NCBI GenBank assembly: GCA_002633005.1
Contig: NMRA01000056.1
Span: 629,165 to 693,164 of the forward strand
Length of the DNA stretch: 64,000 nt
Origin: Phoronis australis
Lineage: Eukaryota; Animalia; Phoronida
Direction of reading: 5' to 3'
In this document: positions 54,901 to 64,000 of the stretch, in pieces
Layout: every line of letters starts with the position of its first letter
Position numbering within the stretch: the first letter of the stretch is position 1
Translations under genes and position numbers: made by a program
Notes under the pieces: model-generated
Told to the model about the DNA's origin: nothing
What the model saw: only the letters and a program-made list of their open reading frames with translations
The model's database searches: none

Positions 54901-57900
54901 TGCAATCTCTCGCAGCTAGTCTCGAGGTCGCAAGCTCTAACACAAGAATACATTGGTCACATGCGGGAGATGGCATTCCAGGACTAGAGTTCTATGGTCG
55001 AAGTAACTTTCTTGAAAAAGACCCATGGAGTGCAGTCTGAAGCGCAAGTTCCTTACGAGATCACGCAAGATCAGTCAAAACCGCACAACAAGGCTGGAGA
55101 GGTGAATCGTGGGAATACGCCATCATAAACCACTACATACATTCCATAAGCAAAGATTTCTTGTTGTGTCTCACAAGTGTTTTGTGATACAGAACGTGAT
55201 CCTGAATAATGTTTTTATCTCCCAGGAAACAAACCAATTGTACAATAGCACAAGAAAGAACCAGTATGGTATGAGGTCACTGGAACAGAGATTATCATCC
55301 GGTCCCTCTGCTACTCAAACAGGTCAATTTTTAGAGGTTTCCAATAGTCACAACTGCCCTAACTGTGTAGATCACAGATGGAGAAAAACAAAGAACGGAT
55401 ATTTCACTAAAAAGTCTTCGATGACGACCATTTCAAGTTGCGCCAAAACTTTTGAAAAATGTCAAGACCAAGCCAGGTTGGAATTAGGATCAAAAATCAC
55501 AAGATCTTAGTGACTCTAGGCAATCGCAGACCTGTTTCCGCGGCAGTGTGACAGGGGCTTTGAGTACAATGCAGCCCTGCTCAGCTCAGACGAATTATCA
55601 CCAGCCGCATCCCAAGGTTGAATGCTTCTTACCTCAACATCAGTGTTCCAGTTGCTATGGTAGGAGACCTCAAACACCATTCCTTTGGCTAATCCCAAAG
55701 CTCCGTCCATGCCCTCCGGAGGCCTCCATGTCACAGTCAGTTTTCTGCTTGGCTCATTGTTGGCAGGGCTCGCATGAAGTTCCTCAACTTCGTTGGGTTT
55801 GACTAGAATAAATTGTACAATGACAGATCTTTGCGCAATTTGGTGCATCCTGACAACAAACCTGAAAGTGACAACGACGGCGGAGAGGTGCAGCAAATTT
55901 TGTTTGGGGACAAGGAAAGCTGCCGTTCTTGTGTAAACAGCTATTGAGACGCCACAGAGCAGACGCGAGCTGTTGGGTTGTTGAGCACTTTAACAAAAAC
56001 TTAGTCAAACTCTCTTTCTTAAAACGGACTGCAGACAAATTTAAGTTTTATCATTAACTGACAGAAGTTTAAGATTTGTCGTAGCTAAGTCAGTTTTTTG
56101 TAACGGGTCCATATCAGTCGAGTTCAAACTCAGCTGCCAATGTACCCAATGGCCAAACAGAACAGCTAAATAAAGGAGCTTTAGTAGAAAAAGAAGAAAC
56201 GTATGATTTCAAAGTTTGGCAACACACACAGTGTTTTAAAAACAATATCATTATAAGCCTCTTTCATAAATCCATACATGGTAACAGGGGAGATAAAACC
56301 TAGTGTTACTGGTTACAAAAACTGCTGAGAGCATCAGGACGAGCTTTGTCAACAATTTTGTACACCCAAAAGGTATACGCGTACCGGTACATTTGCACAT
56401 GTCACAATAAAATTGTGCCGCTGTCGCAAAACCGTGTTCAAATTTGAACTCTAAATCTACCCAGAGGCTGAACTAAAAAAGACCCTTACTTATATCCAAG
56501 CCGGCTTTAACTTCGTACAACTTGGGTCCAAGTGAGTTTGGACCCCGTTTGACCTTCACTAAGAAGCAGTAGGTACGGTACTTCAGGAAGTTATTGTTGC
56601 CATACTTGGGGAAGTATATCTTGTAGACTTTGAAGGCTTTATCAGATACCTCTTCCGGTTCGGCTGTCTGGGTACTGTACACAGACCCAGGTGTGTACGG
56701 CAAACACTTGGAACTGCAAGACAAGAATCACTGGGGTGTTAGGGAGCTTCTTCACCGAGTTCAATCCAAAGTTAAGGCCACTGTAAGCAAATATAATTTA
56801 CATAGCTGCACTACCCACTTGGTTTGCAATTTGCAACATCTTATGGTAGGCCATAGTTAGTTTTAAGAATTTAAAAATAACTGCAGACAGAGAAATTCTT
56901 TGTAAAACTTCAATTTCACCAGAGTGTTATCCGAATCAGTGCTCTCAACAGTGTTGAAGATGAAGATGAGGAAAACTTACTTAAAGTTATGAATTTCAAC
57001 ATCAACAGCAACAGTGCTCTTAGTGAAGTTTAACAAATTGTGAATACTAAGGTCACAGTTAGGTATCAACATTCATAAAAAGGGCAACACTAAGTGTTGA
57101 AGTGCACCCACAACTGCACCACTAACGGCATGCTTTAATTATCATAAAAACCGCCACTAGATGGCGCGGAATATGTCAGACCCACCCCTCCCTAATAAAA
57201 AAACTACATGCCAAATTTCATGAAAATCCGTCAAGGAACCCCAAAGATACAGAGGCAAACGTAAAATATCGAACTGCTACAAGGAGGCACTGATACCCCG
57301 TAAAATGTAACATTATCGTAAAATGTAACAACTATTACATTTTACATCATTGTAAAGTTACGTTGCAAAGCCTCTCCTAAAATGTAACAAGTTGTTACAT
57401 TTTACATCCAATGCACATGCGAGAAATGTACCATTATTATATTTTACGAAACCAACGTCATATTACAAAGTAATGACCAAAATCAAGAACAAGTGGTATC
57501 TGACATTGCCGGGGGGGGGGGGGGGACNAATAAAAAAACTACATGCCAAATTTCATGAAAATCCGTTAAGGAACCCCAAAGATATAGAGGCAAACGTAAA
57601 ATATCGAACTGCTACAAGGAGGCACTGATATCCCGTAAAATGTAACATTATTGTAAAATGTAACAACTATTGCATTTTACATCATTGTTAAGTTATGTTA
57701 CAAAGCCTCTCCTAAAATGTAACAAGTTGTTACATTTTACATAGCTGTTACATTTTACATCCAATGCACATGCGAGAAATGTACCATTATTATATTTTAC
57801 GAAACCAACGTCATATTACAAAATAATGACCAAAATCAAGAACAAGAGGTATCTGACATTGCCGGGGGGGACTCGAGACTCAAGTATTTTTGGATGAGGG

Positions 57901-60900
57901 GTGCCGCCCAAAAAAATTTTGTATGCCTAACTGTTTTGAGAGTGAGCTCGGACAAAAAGTGACCCATTTATAGACTAATTTTGTGTAAAAAATTCACATT
58001 TTTGCACTGTTCTGTTCCAGAAATTAAGAAAAGGTGGCCTACTTTATCGAAAATGGCACCATTTTGGAAAGTAATTTTTGCTGTGAAAAAACTAAAAAAC
58101 ACCCTTTTGGGCGGCACTTTTGGTGTACCTCTTATATAGGAATGCCCTCCAATCCGACACAGCATGAATCTGGCTACCCATTATCATTTTATTACTATTA
58201 CATTACTATTACTATCATTACTACTATTGCTGTTATTAATACTATTACTACTTCCATTATTATAACTCGTTATCGGTATCGTTATAATTTTTATTATTAT
58301 CATAAATATTTTTGAATTTATTTAACAAGAACACAGTGCAGTATACATAATAAATGTTTTAGCAAAGTGATAATACATCATGATCCTCAAAGATTTTAAA
58401 ATCATCTCATCTGATACTGGAAACTCCTTTCGTCTGGAGTAGAAACTGTATAGGGTACATTTTTGACTATACCAAAAAACTACTCATGTTTAAAAAGACA
58501 ATGGAAAGACATAGGGATACATCTTTAAATTCGAGCTTGTACATTTGATAGAATTTCATTCAAACAATCCGAGAAAAAAGGCGTTAATTGTGTAAACCAT
58601 TTTCCTCCAAGTAACAAGTACCATGCGAAGTCTTGAAATATGAGGTCGCTTTCGTAAAATGTAACAATGGTACATTTCTTGCATGTGCATTCTACCTAAA
58701 TTGTAACAATTACATAAAATGTAACAACTTGCTACATTTTAGGAGTAATCTAGCAAATATAAGAATGACCTAAAATTGTTACATTTTACAGTTATCAAGC
58801 TGCAAAGCATGTTAGTAGTCAAGCCAATCTGAAAGAAGTTGTCATCTGCTGTGGTGTTAATATAAATACACTTGCCAAGTTTAACAAAAAACCCGCAATT
58901 GTTTCTGAGGGTGGGAGGAGCAACAGTACTTAGACCCAACCAAAAATCAACGTCAGTTGTGTTCTTATCAGTTGGAACACACGTCACTTTTCACAATGAT
59001 ACTCCCGCGTCAGATTTGACGGATACAGAGCCTGGCACCAAAAACAGAATTGGAAATTATAAAAATGATCCTTAGATAGCCCAGAATCAGTTGCATCCAT
59101 GCGAAAATTGAAAGCCACAGTCAATTCAACCCAATGATTCCACTGGTTGAAAAAGAGAAGTTACACTTACCTGATTTCGGTAGTAAAATTGATTTGCACA
59201 TTCAGGCCATGTGTGTAGGGATAGGGGAAAGCCCACTTACACTCCATGTCGTAGTTGTTCTTGGATATGCAGTTCGGCTCACCGGGCAATGCCAGGGGAT
59301 CTAAAGAACATTCCAGACATCTCTGATTAGGCAAGCATTCCAGATCACAACGGTTTTCTGTTTCACAAAAGGTGGATTAAGATGTCCTAATCTGGCTTTC
59401 TTTGGAACTTCTTATTTTAGAAATGGTTGATTGGATTCATATCAAACTTTCAGGTACAATACTTTATGCACTGTTCTTCACGGGGGGGGCTATAAAAATA
59501 GGACTATCATGGTTTTCATGAAAAACTTAAAAGTTGGAAAAAAAAACAAAAATGAGATGATTCATATGACTGTAAAAAATACAGCACTTTGAACATTAAT
59601 ATCAAATGAAATTTGCCATGCTATTGATTCCGTTGAATTGCAACCATTCTTTTTTTACTAAATCTTACTAAAAAAACATGGTCACTTCCCAAATAATGTC
59701 AGATTGGTAAAAAGTAAAAAGTAAAAAATTCTAGACTTCCCACTTTCAGAAAATATACACTTTTTACTGAGTTGCAATCTATAGTTTTGAAGATATTTGG
59801 CTAAACACATAGACATGTTGATTAGGCTCTACATAACATGAATGTGGAGCTTGCACGTTAATTCCTTATCTCAAAACAGTTAGAAGCACCACATGTAGCG
59901 ACGATGTGAATATGGAGCAGGTTGAAAATTACCAGATGTTTTTAAGAACAAGTTTTGTGTCAAAAATGATTACCTGTAAATCACTCAACCTTGTTCAGTA
60001 AGTACGGTGGCGTGGTGTTGGGAAATAACACTGCATGATGCGGGCTACGTGAGCCCACGAGGTACATCATTAGTGCAAAGATCACCTATATGCAAATTTT
60101 TTTTGTTTTCAGATTTACAAGTTGTCAATGAACACAATTGCACTTTGTTTAGTGTAGATGATGTTCGAATAGCATTGTCGTTTAGTTCCTGCTATACGTT
60201 AGCATAGTTAGGAGCGTGCAAGTACATCTTACGACTAGACAGAAATTTGTTCTTATGCCGCGCCTTAGGCTTGAGCTGGTTGTTTGGGAATATTGTCACA
60301 AGACAGAGTGTCTGTTTGCAGAATATATAACACGTCAACTGCTGCGTTGCCTTTGACAAATGTGCTTTTCGTGTGGAAACAACAATTTTTTAACATAAAA
60401 CTACATTTCTTTATGCTTAAAATCAAAACTTGGCCATTTAGCGCTATGAAATCATTCTCGAAATTTTCCTTACTAACATCGGACCTAAGAACTGCTGCCA
60501 TAAAGAACATTCAGAGCATTGACACCAGTCAAAAATGATTCAGAATATCATGCCGTTTGTCAAAGATCGACAGCATCAATTCAAGAGAAGATAATCTCTC
60601 ATTTCCAGCCGGATATTGAAACACATGCTGTCATGGCAAACGGATATTCAGTCAAGGTTGATTGGTTAAGTACATTGCTCCTTCAACCAAAGAAACTAGC
60701 TTTTGATTAAAACCGATTTCAGATGAGTAATGATTTCTGAGCTAGGCAAGAACCAACAATTCGGTCGTGCTCAAGACCACAGGTCTGTTTCAAGAAAAGT
60801 GACTTAAGACAGAAAACTGGCCTCACAATCACACTTCACAATTGGTGAATAACGGTTTAACCAAGTAATTATGAGAAAATTAGTTTAGAAATAATTTCTA

Positions 60901-63656
60901 AAAAATTGTCTTAATATTTAGCAGTTAATGTACATTTTCAGATTTTGAATTTTTAGTCACGTGAGATTTAATTATTTTTAAGAAATGGTTGTGTGGAGCA
61001 TAAGATCAAGTTTCTGACTATAGTCTCAAGTCACTGTTTATAAAATCTTGTTGCTTCTAATTCCCATTCTGTACAATCCCTTCTTTTGTTTTTTTAATAT
61101 TTTTATTATAGCACGTCTAAATATTTGAATACTTATATCAGATATCAGATACTATTATATAGTTCTATGCACACTACTTTCATATAATCCTGTACTGTCT
61201 ATAACTCAGATATAATGCCTCGCCATTTCTGGGTTTATCGTTATTTTCCTCGTATGTTCTGTGTATTCTTGAATAAATATATAATAACACCTCTACTGTT
61301 CATGAAAGGAGCCTTGGCTTGGTGCATAAGTAGCCTACGGCGACCGACCAAGTCATTGAGCTTTGTCTCGATAATGAGTCGACAGTACTTCCATGGGACT
61401 AAAATCATGTCTAATCTGCGACGCTTGAGCTCAGTTTTATAACCACAAGTTACTTAAATCAAAAGGTATTTATTTGGGATGAGCCGGGTTAAATTACAGC
61501 AGCTTTGAAGATGTGTTTGCATGCTCCTAACTATACTAGTGTATGGCAGGAACTAAACGACAATGCTAGTTTAACGCGATCTATGCTAAACAAAGCACAG
61601 TTGTATTCATTGCCAATTTGTAAATGTGAAAACAAAAAATTCTGCAAATAGGTGACCTTTGCATTAACAACGGACCTCGCAGGCTCGCATAGCCCCCATC
61701 ATGCTATTCCCCAGCACCACATCACAACATTTACTGGACAAGGTTCAGTGATTTGCGGCGATCATTTTCGCCACAAAACTCGTTCTTAAAAACACAATTT
61801 GCAACCTACTTTGTATTCAAATTGTCGCTCTATGTTGTGTTTGTGACTAATTTGGCAATGGCAGAGATGAGGAATTAGCCTGCAAGCTCCACTTTAAGCT
61901 GCAAGTGTAGAGTGCAATATTAACCTTGACAATATATGTTTAACAAATGAACGTACAATCTAACAGTAGAACAATAAGATCTCACCAAGTCACGACACAG
62001 TACCACGGGCGAGTGAAGTTTCAGTTTTCATTTTCTCGTAAAAGATATGTAGTACCAAATAAATACTTTAATGTACCATCTATAGCTGCCACTGGATATT
62101 GAATCATTTTGCACATTCGCAAACAGCTTTGAAAATCGAACTCGGATCAATTTTCACAGTTATTTCTGTCAGAAACTGGCGTGCCTTACTGTAATATATA
62201 GTGTAACTTACAATCAACACTAAGTTGTTCGGCAGGATCAAAAGGACCTGGGGAACCATCACAGTTATAACAACAACGGATGTATTTCAGGTCTTCCGCC
62301 ACCGAAACATTATGGAGTGTTATGTACGCAACGGACGAGTTCTGCCAGACTGCCTGTAATGACATCAGTGAAGAACACGATAAAGAGAAGATAAAACAAT
62401 TGAATGGCTAACAAAAAATCCAATTAGCGACATAGAAATATAAATCAGGACTGGTATTTTTCTCAACTCAAAAACGGCAAAAACAACAACTTTATATGAG
62501 AACTTTCAGTGTCCTAAAACTAGGATACAGTCAGAAATTAATGAATTTTCGCTGTTCATGCTATGTGTGGGCGCTGCCAGGGAGCCATTAAGATAGACCA
62601 AATGGATGTTTACGAGACAGCTAGCAACTAGTAGACATTGAAGAGACGTGAACACGATAAAATCAATCTTGGCGTGAACAAAGATGACAATTGTTCCGAG
62701 AGATTCATGTTTTGTTGGTAAGAATGAATTCAGGGTCATCTGTGCCTTCTGAGATGGGAATTTTTTCATGCGAGAGGGAAATTCTAACTCCCGATCACCA
62801 TCAATAGCACCCTCGCCCTGTTGCAACTCTCATAGGCTCTGCCAAAACTATGATTTTTTTGCTCTTTCAAATTGTCATCTGCATGGGTTACAAATGATTC
62901 GAACCTCAAGGGGAAATTTTCAATCACTTGAAGGGAATTTTTGGGCCTTGTGAGGGGAATTTCTCGTGATTATTCAATATTTTTCAGAGAAAATAGGGTC
63001 GACATTCGGCCCCAAAAATCGAGGGATTGAGGGTCCTGGAGTTAAAGGTATGCACCTGTAGTTAAAGGTATACACCTGGACTTTTCCATACAACAAGTTC
63101 CTATGTTCATTAAACTTGGAAAGGGATCAAAACGTATCGCGTCCACTCACATATATCGGGGGGGAATTCAGTCACAGACAATACTACCGTTTGTAACAAA
63201 CAGACATGACGAACACAGGCACTTGTTGATAAGTTCACCATTATCCAACGGTCAGTTACGGGGACAAATGGACTACCTAATACACTATAGCACACAGTGT
63301 CTACGATTGAAGTCACAGGATGAGTAAAGAGCCTCTATTCAATGCATGCTTGAGGTTGTCAGTCGTCTGTTAAATAAAACCTCAAATCATAATATTTAAC
63401 ATTGAGAGAGTATACCTTCAAAACTAAAGAATTACCATTTGTCTGAACATTTCACAAATATCTGCCATTCGGTACTGCTGTCTGAAAGAACAAATACATA
63501 CCCCTGCAGGAAGAGGCTTGTACTCGTAGTGGATGCGAAATGGCTTGTCTGATTTTGGTCGACAGCTGCTCTCCTCACCCACTGGAATATTGACAGCACA
63601 TGTCAGCCGTAGATCCTCCCCCTGAACCACTTGCGGATCATCGGGCACCAAGGTTA
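32966..63656 (-). CDS. dome: Domeless/gp130-like class I cytokine receptor (JAK/STAT receptor); 18 coding exons in window, 5' end outside window
   Basis: Manual splicing of 63502-63656, 62212-62353, 59171-59300, 56490-56713, 55633-55802, 51870-52041, 49841-49926, 48284-48488, 47302-47459, 46399-46591, 39841-39981, 39275-39439, 38596-38810, 37129-37295, 36513-36585, 35507-35572, 34923-35046, 32966-33930 gives matching phases and one open frame (3551 nt). Domain order Ig, CBM, 4xFN3, TM, Box1, Tyr-rich tail. The symbol is a family-level label, not proven orthology. Confidence 0.85.
34923..35046 (-). CDS. Receptor exon: cytoplasmic (NPTNNNRLKSGKDSGHGTS...YDDVFHDE)
   Basis: tgcag acceptor, gtaggt donor; phase 0-1. 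Confidence 0.8.
35507..35572 (-). CDS. Receptor exon: cytoplasmic (VKTCEDDDYLRDRRSSSGDGWP)
   Basis: cctag acceptor, gtaaga donor; 66 nt, phase 0-0. Confidence 0.75.
35960..36150 (+). mobile_element. Degenerate tRNA-head/CORE-type SINE
   Basis: aaggtcatgggttgaatc B-box-like motif followed by ttgtatccttgag core-like motif. Confidence 0.4.
36159..36261. repeat. About 100-bp hairpin or tiny MITE
   Basis: aatagtctgacataacctgccc..ttttgagaaccagttt / aaactggttttcaaaat..acgttatatcagactatt. Confidence 0.7.
36513..36585 (-). CDS. Receptor exon: juxtamembrane/Box1-like (RTCRREVKVIKKTTTILVPESLVGE)
   Basis: ttcag acceptor, gtacgt donor; basic stop-transfer then hydrophobic-Pro motif; phase 2-0. Confidence 0.85.
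37129..37295 (-). CDS. Receptor exon: transmembrane helix (LGVGLGVAVAVVLLIILGIYIY)
   Basis: tgcag acceptor, gtacgt donor; 22-residue hydrophobic stretch; phase 0-2. Confidence 0.9.
37501..37590 (+). mobile_element. tRNA-derived SINE head
   Basis: A box tggcctggtgg, B box ggttcaaatac, then cactgctagacc shared with the copy near 50740. Confidence 0.65.
38596..38810 (-). CDS. Receptor exon: membrane-proximal FN3-like (KLNVTVNRP...VKISW...GYKLYS); donor at 38596 or 38578
   Basis: ctcag acceptor; two in-frame donors (gtacgg, gttggt); phase 1-0. Confidence 0.8.
39275..39439 (-). CDS. Receptor exon: FN3 (...VTLNDLEPNTQYMMLVSAITMNGPG...)
   Basis: tgcag acceptor, gtaagt donor; canonical FN3 C-terminal motif; phase 1-1. 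Confidence 0.9.
39841..39981 (-). CDS. Receptor exon: FN3 (VAAAPKVQITSKQYNSIMLQWSPLKCED...HYRVVY)
   Basis: ttcag acceptor, gtaagt donor; phase 1-1. Confidence 0.88.
40890..42670 (+). mobile_element. Helentron-like non-autonomous element (HINE/DINE-1 architecture), two tandem units
   Basis: 5' hairpin cttggcgaaa-taaa-tttcgccaag; 3' subterminal tttcgccaag then palindrome cgctccttggagcg; T-rich ends; internal (cat/cgt)n sub-repeats. Confidence 0.6.
44418..44710 (+). repeat. Tandem duplication, period about 173 bp
   Basis: tcttggtagca..ggaaac...ccaggagcac...tgctaaatcctaa...ccatgcaacaagtgt present twice. Confidence 0.85.
46399..46591 (-). CDS. Receptor exon: FN3 (APLKWMK...VGIATV...YSGIKWNC...); acceptor may be 6 nt upstream (46597)
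   Basis: tandem acceptors tag-tgc-aag; gtaaat donor; phase 0-1. Confidence 0.8.
47302..47459 (-). CDS. Receptor exon: FN3 (LPCSPTAV...IFWRP...GYAIYQC...GSCK)
   Basis: gacag acceptor, gtgcgt donor; phase 1-0. Confidence 0.85.
47635..48160. repeat. Low-complexity (TGA/CAA)n tract with 15-bp tgacgctgacaacNg units
   Basis: Directly visible; intronic; explains the overlapping repetitive ORFs. Confidence 0.9.
48284..48488 (-). CDS. Receptor exon: FN3 (MIRPENEFGDFRSYNL...LSNDVGPS...)
   Basis: ttcag acceptor, gtgagt donor; FN3 N-x2-G-x-S motif; phase 0-1. Confidence 0.85.
49222..49762. repeat. Minisatellite, 20-21 bp unit aatattgtccaagcttgagt, roughly 25 copies
   Basis: Directly visible head-to-tail array without unique spacers. 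Confidence 0.95.
49841..49926 (-). CDS. Receptor exon: FN3 (VSETAPLLLPGGYSWIPCTDCRELRLYWR)
   Basis: tgcag acceptor, gtaagt donor; phase 1-0. Confidence 0.85.
50730..50836 (-). mobile_element. tRNA-derived SINE head, same family as 37501
   Basis: Minus strand tggcctagtg ... ggttcgagtccc ... cactgctagacc. Confidence 0.65.
51490..51690. repeat. Interspersed repeat with an inverted copy near 62750-63040
   Basis: ctcgattttgggccgaat and ggcccaaa..ttcccct match the reverse complement of 62900-63025. Confidence 0.6.
51870..52041 (-). CDS. Receptor exon: CBM domain 2, second half with degenerate WSxWS (LVPHTKYTIKVRGK...NPHWSKP)
   Basis: tgtag acceptor, gtgagt donor; FN3 L-x-P-x-T-x-Y-x-I-x-V-R motif; phase 0-1. 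Confidence 0.9.
52404..54073 (-). mobile_element. Helentron-like non-autonomous element with about 200-bp internal tandem units
   Basis: Recurrent aaatttcatgaaaatcc and ccactagagg units, (ggac)n microsatellite and terminal hairpin; related pieces at 57085-57290 and 58800-59110. Confidence 0.5.
54620..55135 (+). mobile_element. Very degenerate RTE-type LINE 3' ORF remnant
   Basis: YIGHM..GDGIP..FYG and SWEYA resemble the RTE C-terminal GH..RM.DGRIP..YG and WE..A motifs across frameshifts. Confidence 0.35.
55633..55802 (-). CDS. Receptor exon: CBM domain 2, first half (IKPNEVEEL...LTVTWRPP...FEVSY)
   Basis: ttctag acceptor, gtaaga donor; FN3 W and Y motifs; phase 1-0. Confidence 0.9.
56490..56713 (-). 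CDS. Receptor exon: CBM domain 1, second half (SKCLPYTPG...AGLDI)
   Basis: tgcag acceptor, gtaagg donor; phase 2-1; open frame in ORF 56473..56724. Confidence 0.85.
57194..57872 (+). repeat. Near-identical 335-345 bp direct duplication flanking an N
   Basis: 57194-57527 versus 57529-57872, N at 57528. Confidence 0.9.
57626..58798. mobile_element. TIR element rich in aaatgtaaca motifs, with a nested insert near 57862-58150
   Basis: tgatatcccgtaaaatgtaaca / tgttacattttacagttatca; interrupts the Helentron-like repeat. Confidence 0.55.
58185..58305. repeat. (ATT/ACT)n microsatellite
   Basis: Directly visible. Confidence 0.85.
59171..59300 (-). CDS. Receptor exon: cytokine-binding module start (YPLALPGEPNCISKNNYDMECKW...)
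   Basis: tttag acceptor, gtaagt donor; C-x9-C-x-W class I receptor signature; phase 1-2. Confidence 0.9.
59400..59835 (+). repeat. Interspersed repeat shared with about 15050-15420
   Basis: ggattcatat, aaaacatggtcac, cagattggtaa, tactgagtt..aatc.atagttttg occur in the same order in both places. Confidence 0.6.
62212..62353 (-). CDS. Receptor exon: Ig-like domain, second half (AVWQNSSVAYITLHNVSVAEDLKYIRCC...LSVD)
   Basis: tacag acceptor, gtaagt donor; Ig E/F strand pattern; phase 0-1; absent from ORF track. Confidence 0.85.
63502..63656 (-). CDS. Receptor exon: Ig-like domain, first half (TLVPDDPQVVQGEDLRLTCAVN...PLPAG)
   Basis: ccag acceptor, gtatgt donor; G-x2-L-x-L-T-C Ig strand B motif; phase 1-0. 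Confidence 0.85.
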
Positions 63657-63789
63657 CTGGAATGAATGACAAATACATGCAGGAGATTACAGGTGGCGCT
63701 ATTTTTGTGAACACACATTTACACCGCTCCTACTAAAATACATACAAATCAAAAAACAAGAACCCCTTTAGCATATTGAACAACAGACC

Positions 63790-63915
63790 CATAGGTGGAT
63801 CCAGGCGGCATTTGTCTAGTTGAACAGCCCCCAACAAAGGAATAATGCCATACCATAAAATACACAATTCCCAGCACAGGAGCATACCCTTTTTTACAAC
63901 CTGGATCCATCTAAC
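63790..63915. mobile_element. hAT-type MITE
   Basis: cataggtggatccagg / cctggatccatcta. Confidence 0.5.
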
Positions 63916-64000
63916 AGGCCAGTATCAACTACTTAAGAGCTTTCCTATGAAGGCGTTCAAGGACATTGTCCACGCCAGCCTTTGACTTGAGAAGACCGGT

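Noticed and set aside
60200-60860. Coding-like intronic stretch
   Set aside because: Not needed for the receptor frame and I could not match it to any family; probably an old TE fragment.

Overview
Eukaryotic, AT-rich, intron-rich animal DNA, probably an invertebrate; the taxon cannot be fixed from sequence alone. The right half (32966 to beyond 63656, minus strand) holds 18 coding exons that I could splice by hand with GT-AG junctions and consistent phases into one open frame of about 1,180 codons. The product is a class I cytokine receptor of the Domeless/gp130 type: Ig-like domain, cytokine-binding module (C-x9-C-x-W, degenerate WSxWS 'NPHWS'), four further FN3-like domains, a transmembrane helix, Box1-like ILVPESL and a long Tyr/Ser-rich tail. 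Its signal-peptide exon lies beyond the window. The left half (1 to about 30.8 kb) is mostly decayed transposons: a BEL/Pao pol, two Ty3/Gypsy remnants with nested DNA-element insertions, hAT-type elements with apparent 5-bp target duplications, two THAP remnants, an RTE-like 5' repeat, and a possible first exon of an unknown gene at the far left. The receptor introns contain Helentron-like elements, tRNA-derived SINEs, MITEs and minisatellites. I found no CRISPR array, rRNA, true tRNA or clearly new multi-gene system; the most notable biology is the receptor itself. Family assignments come from motif recognition, not database searches.
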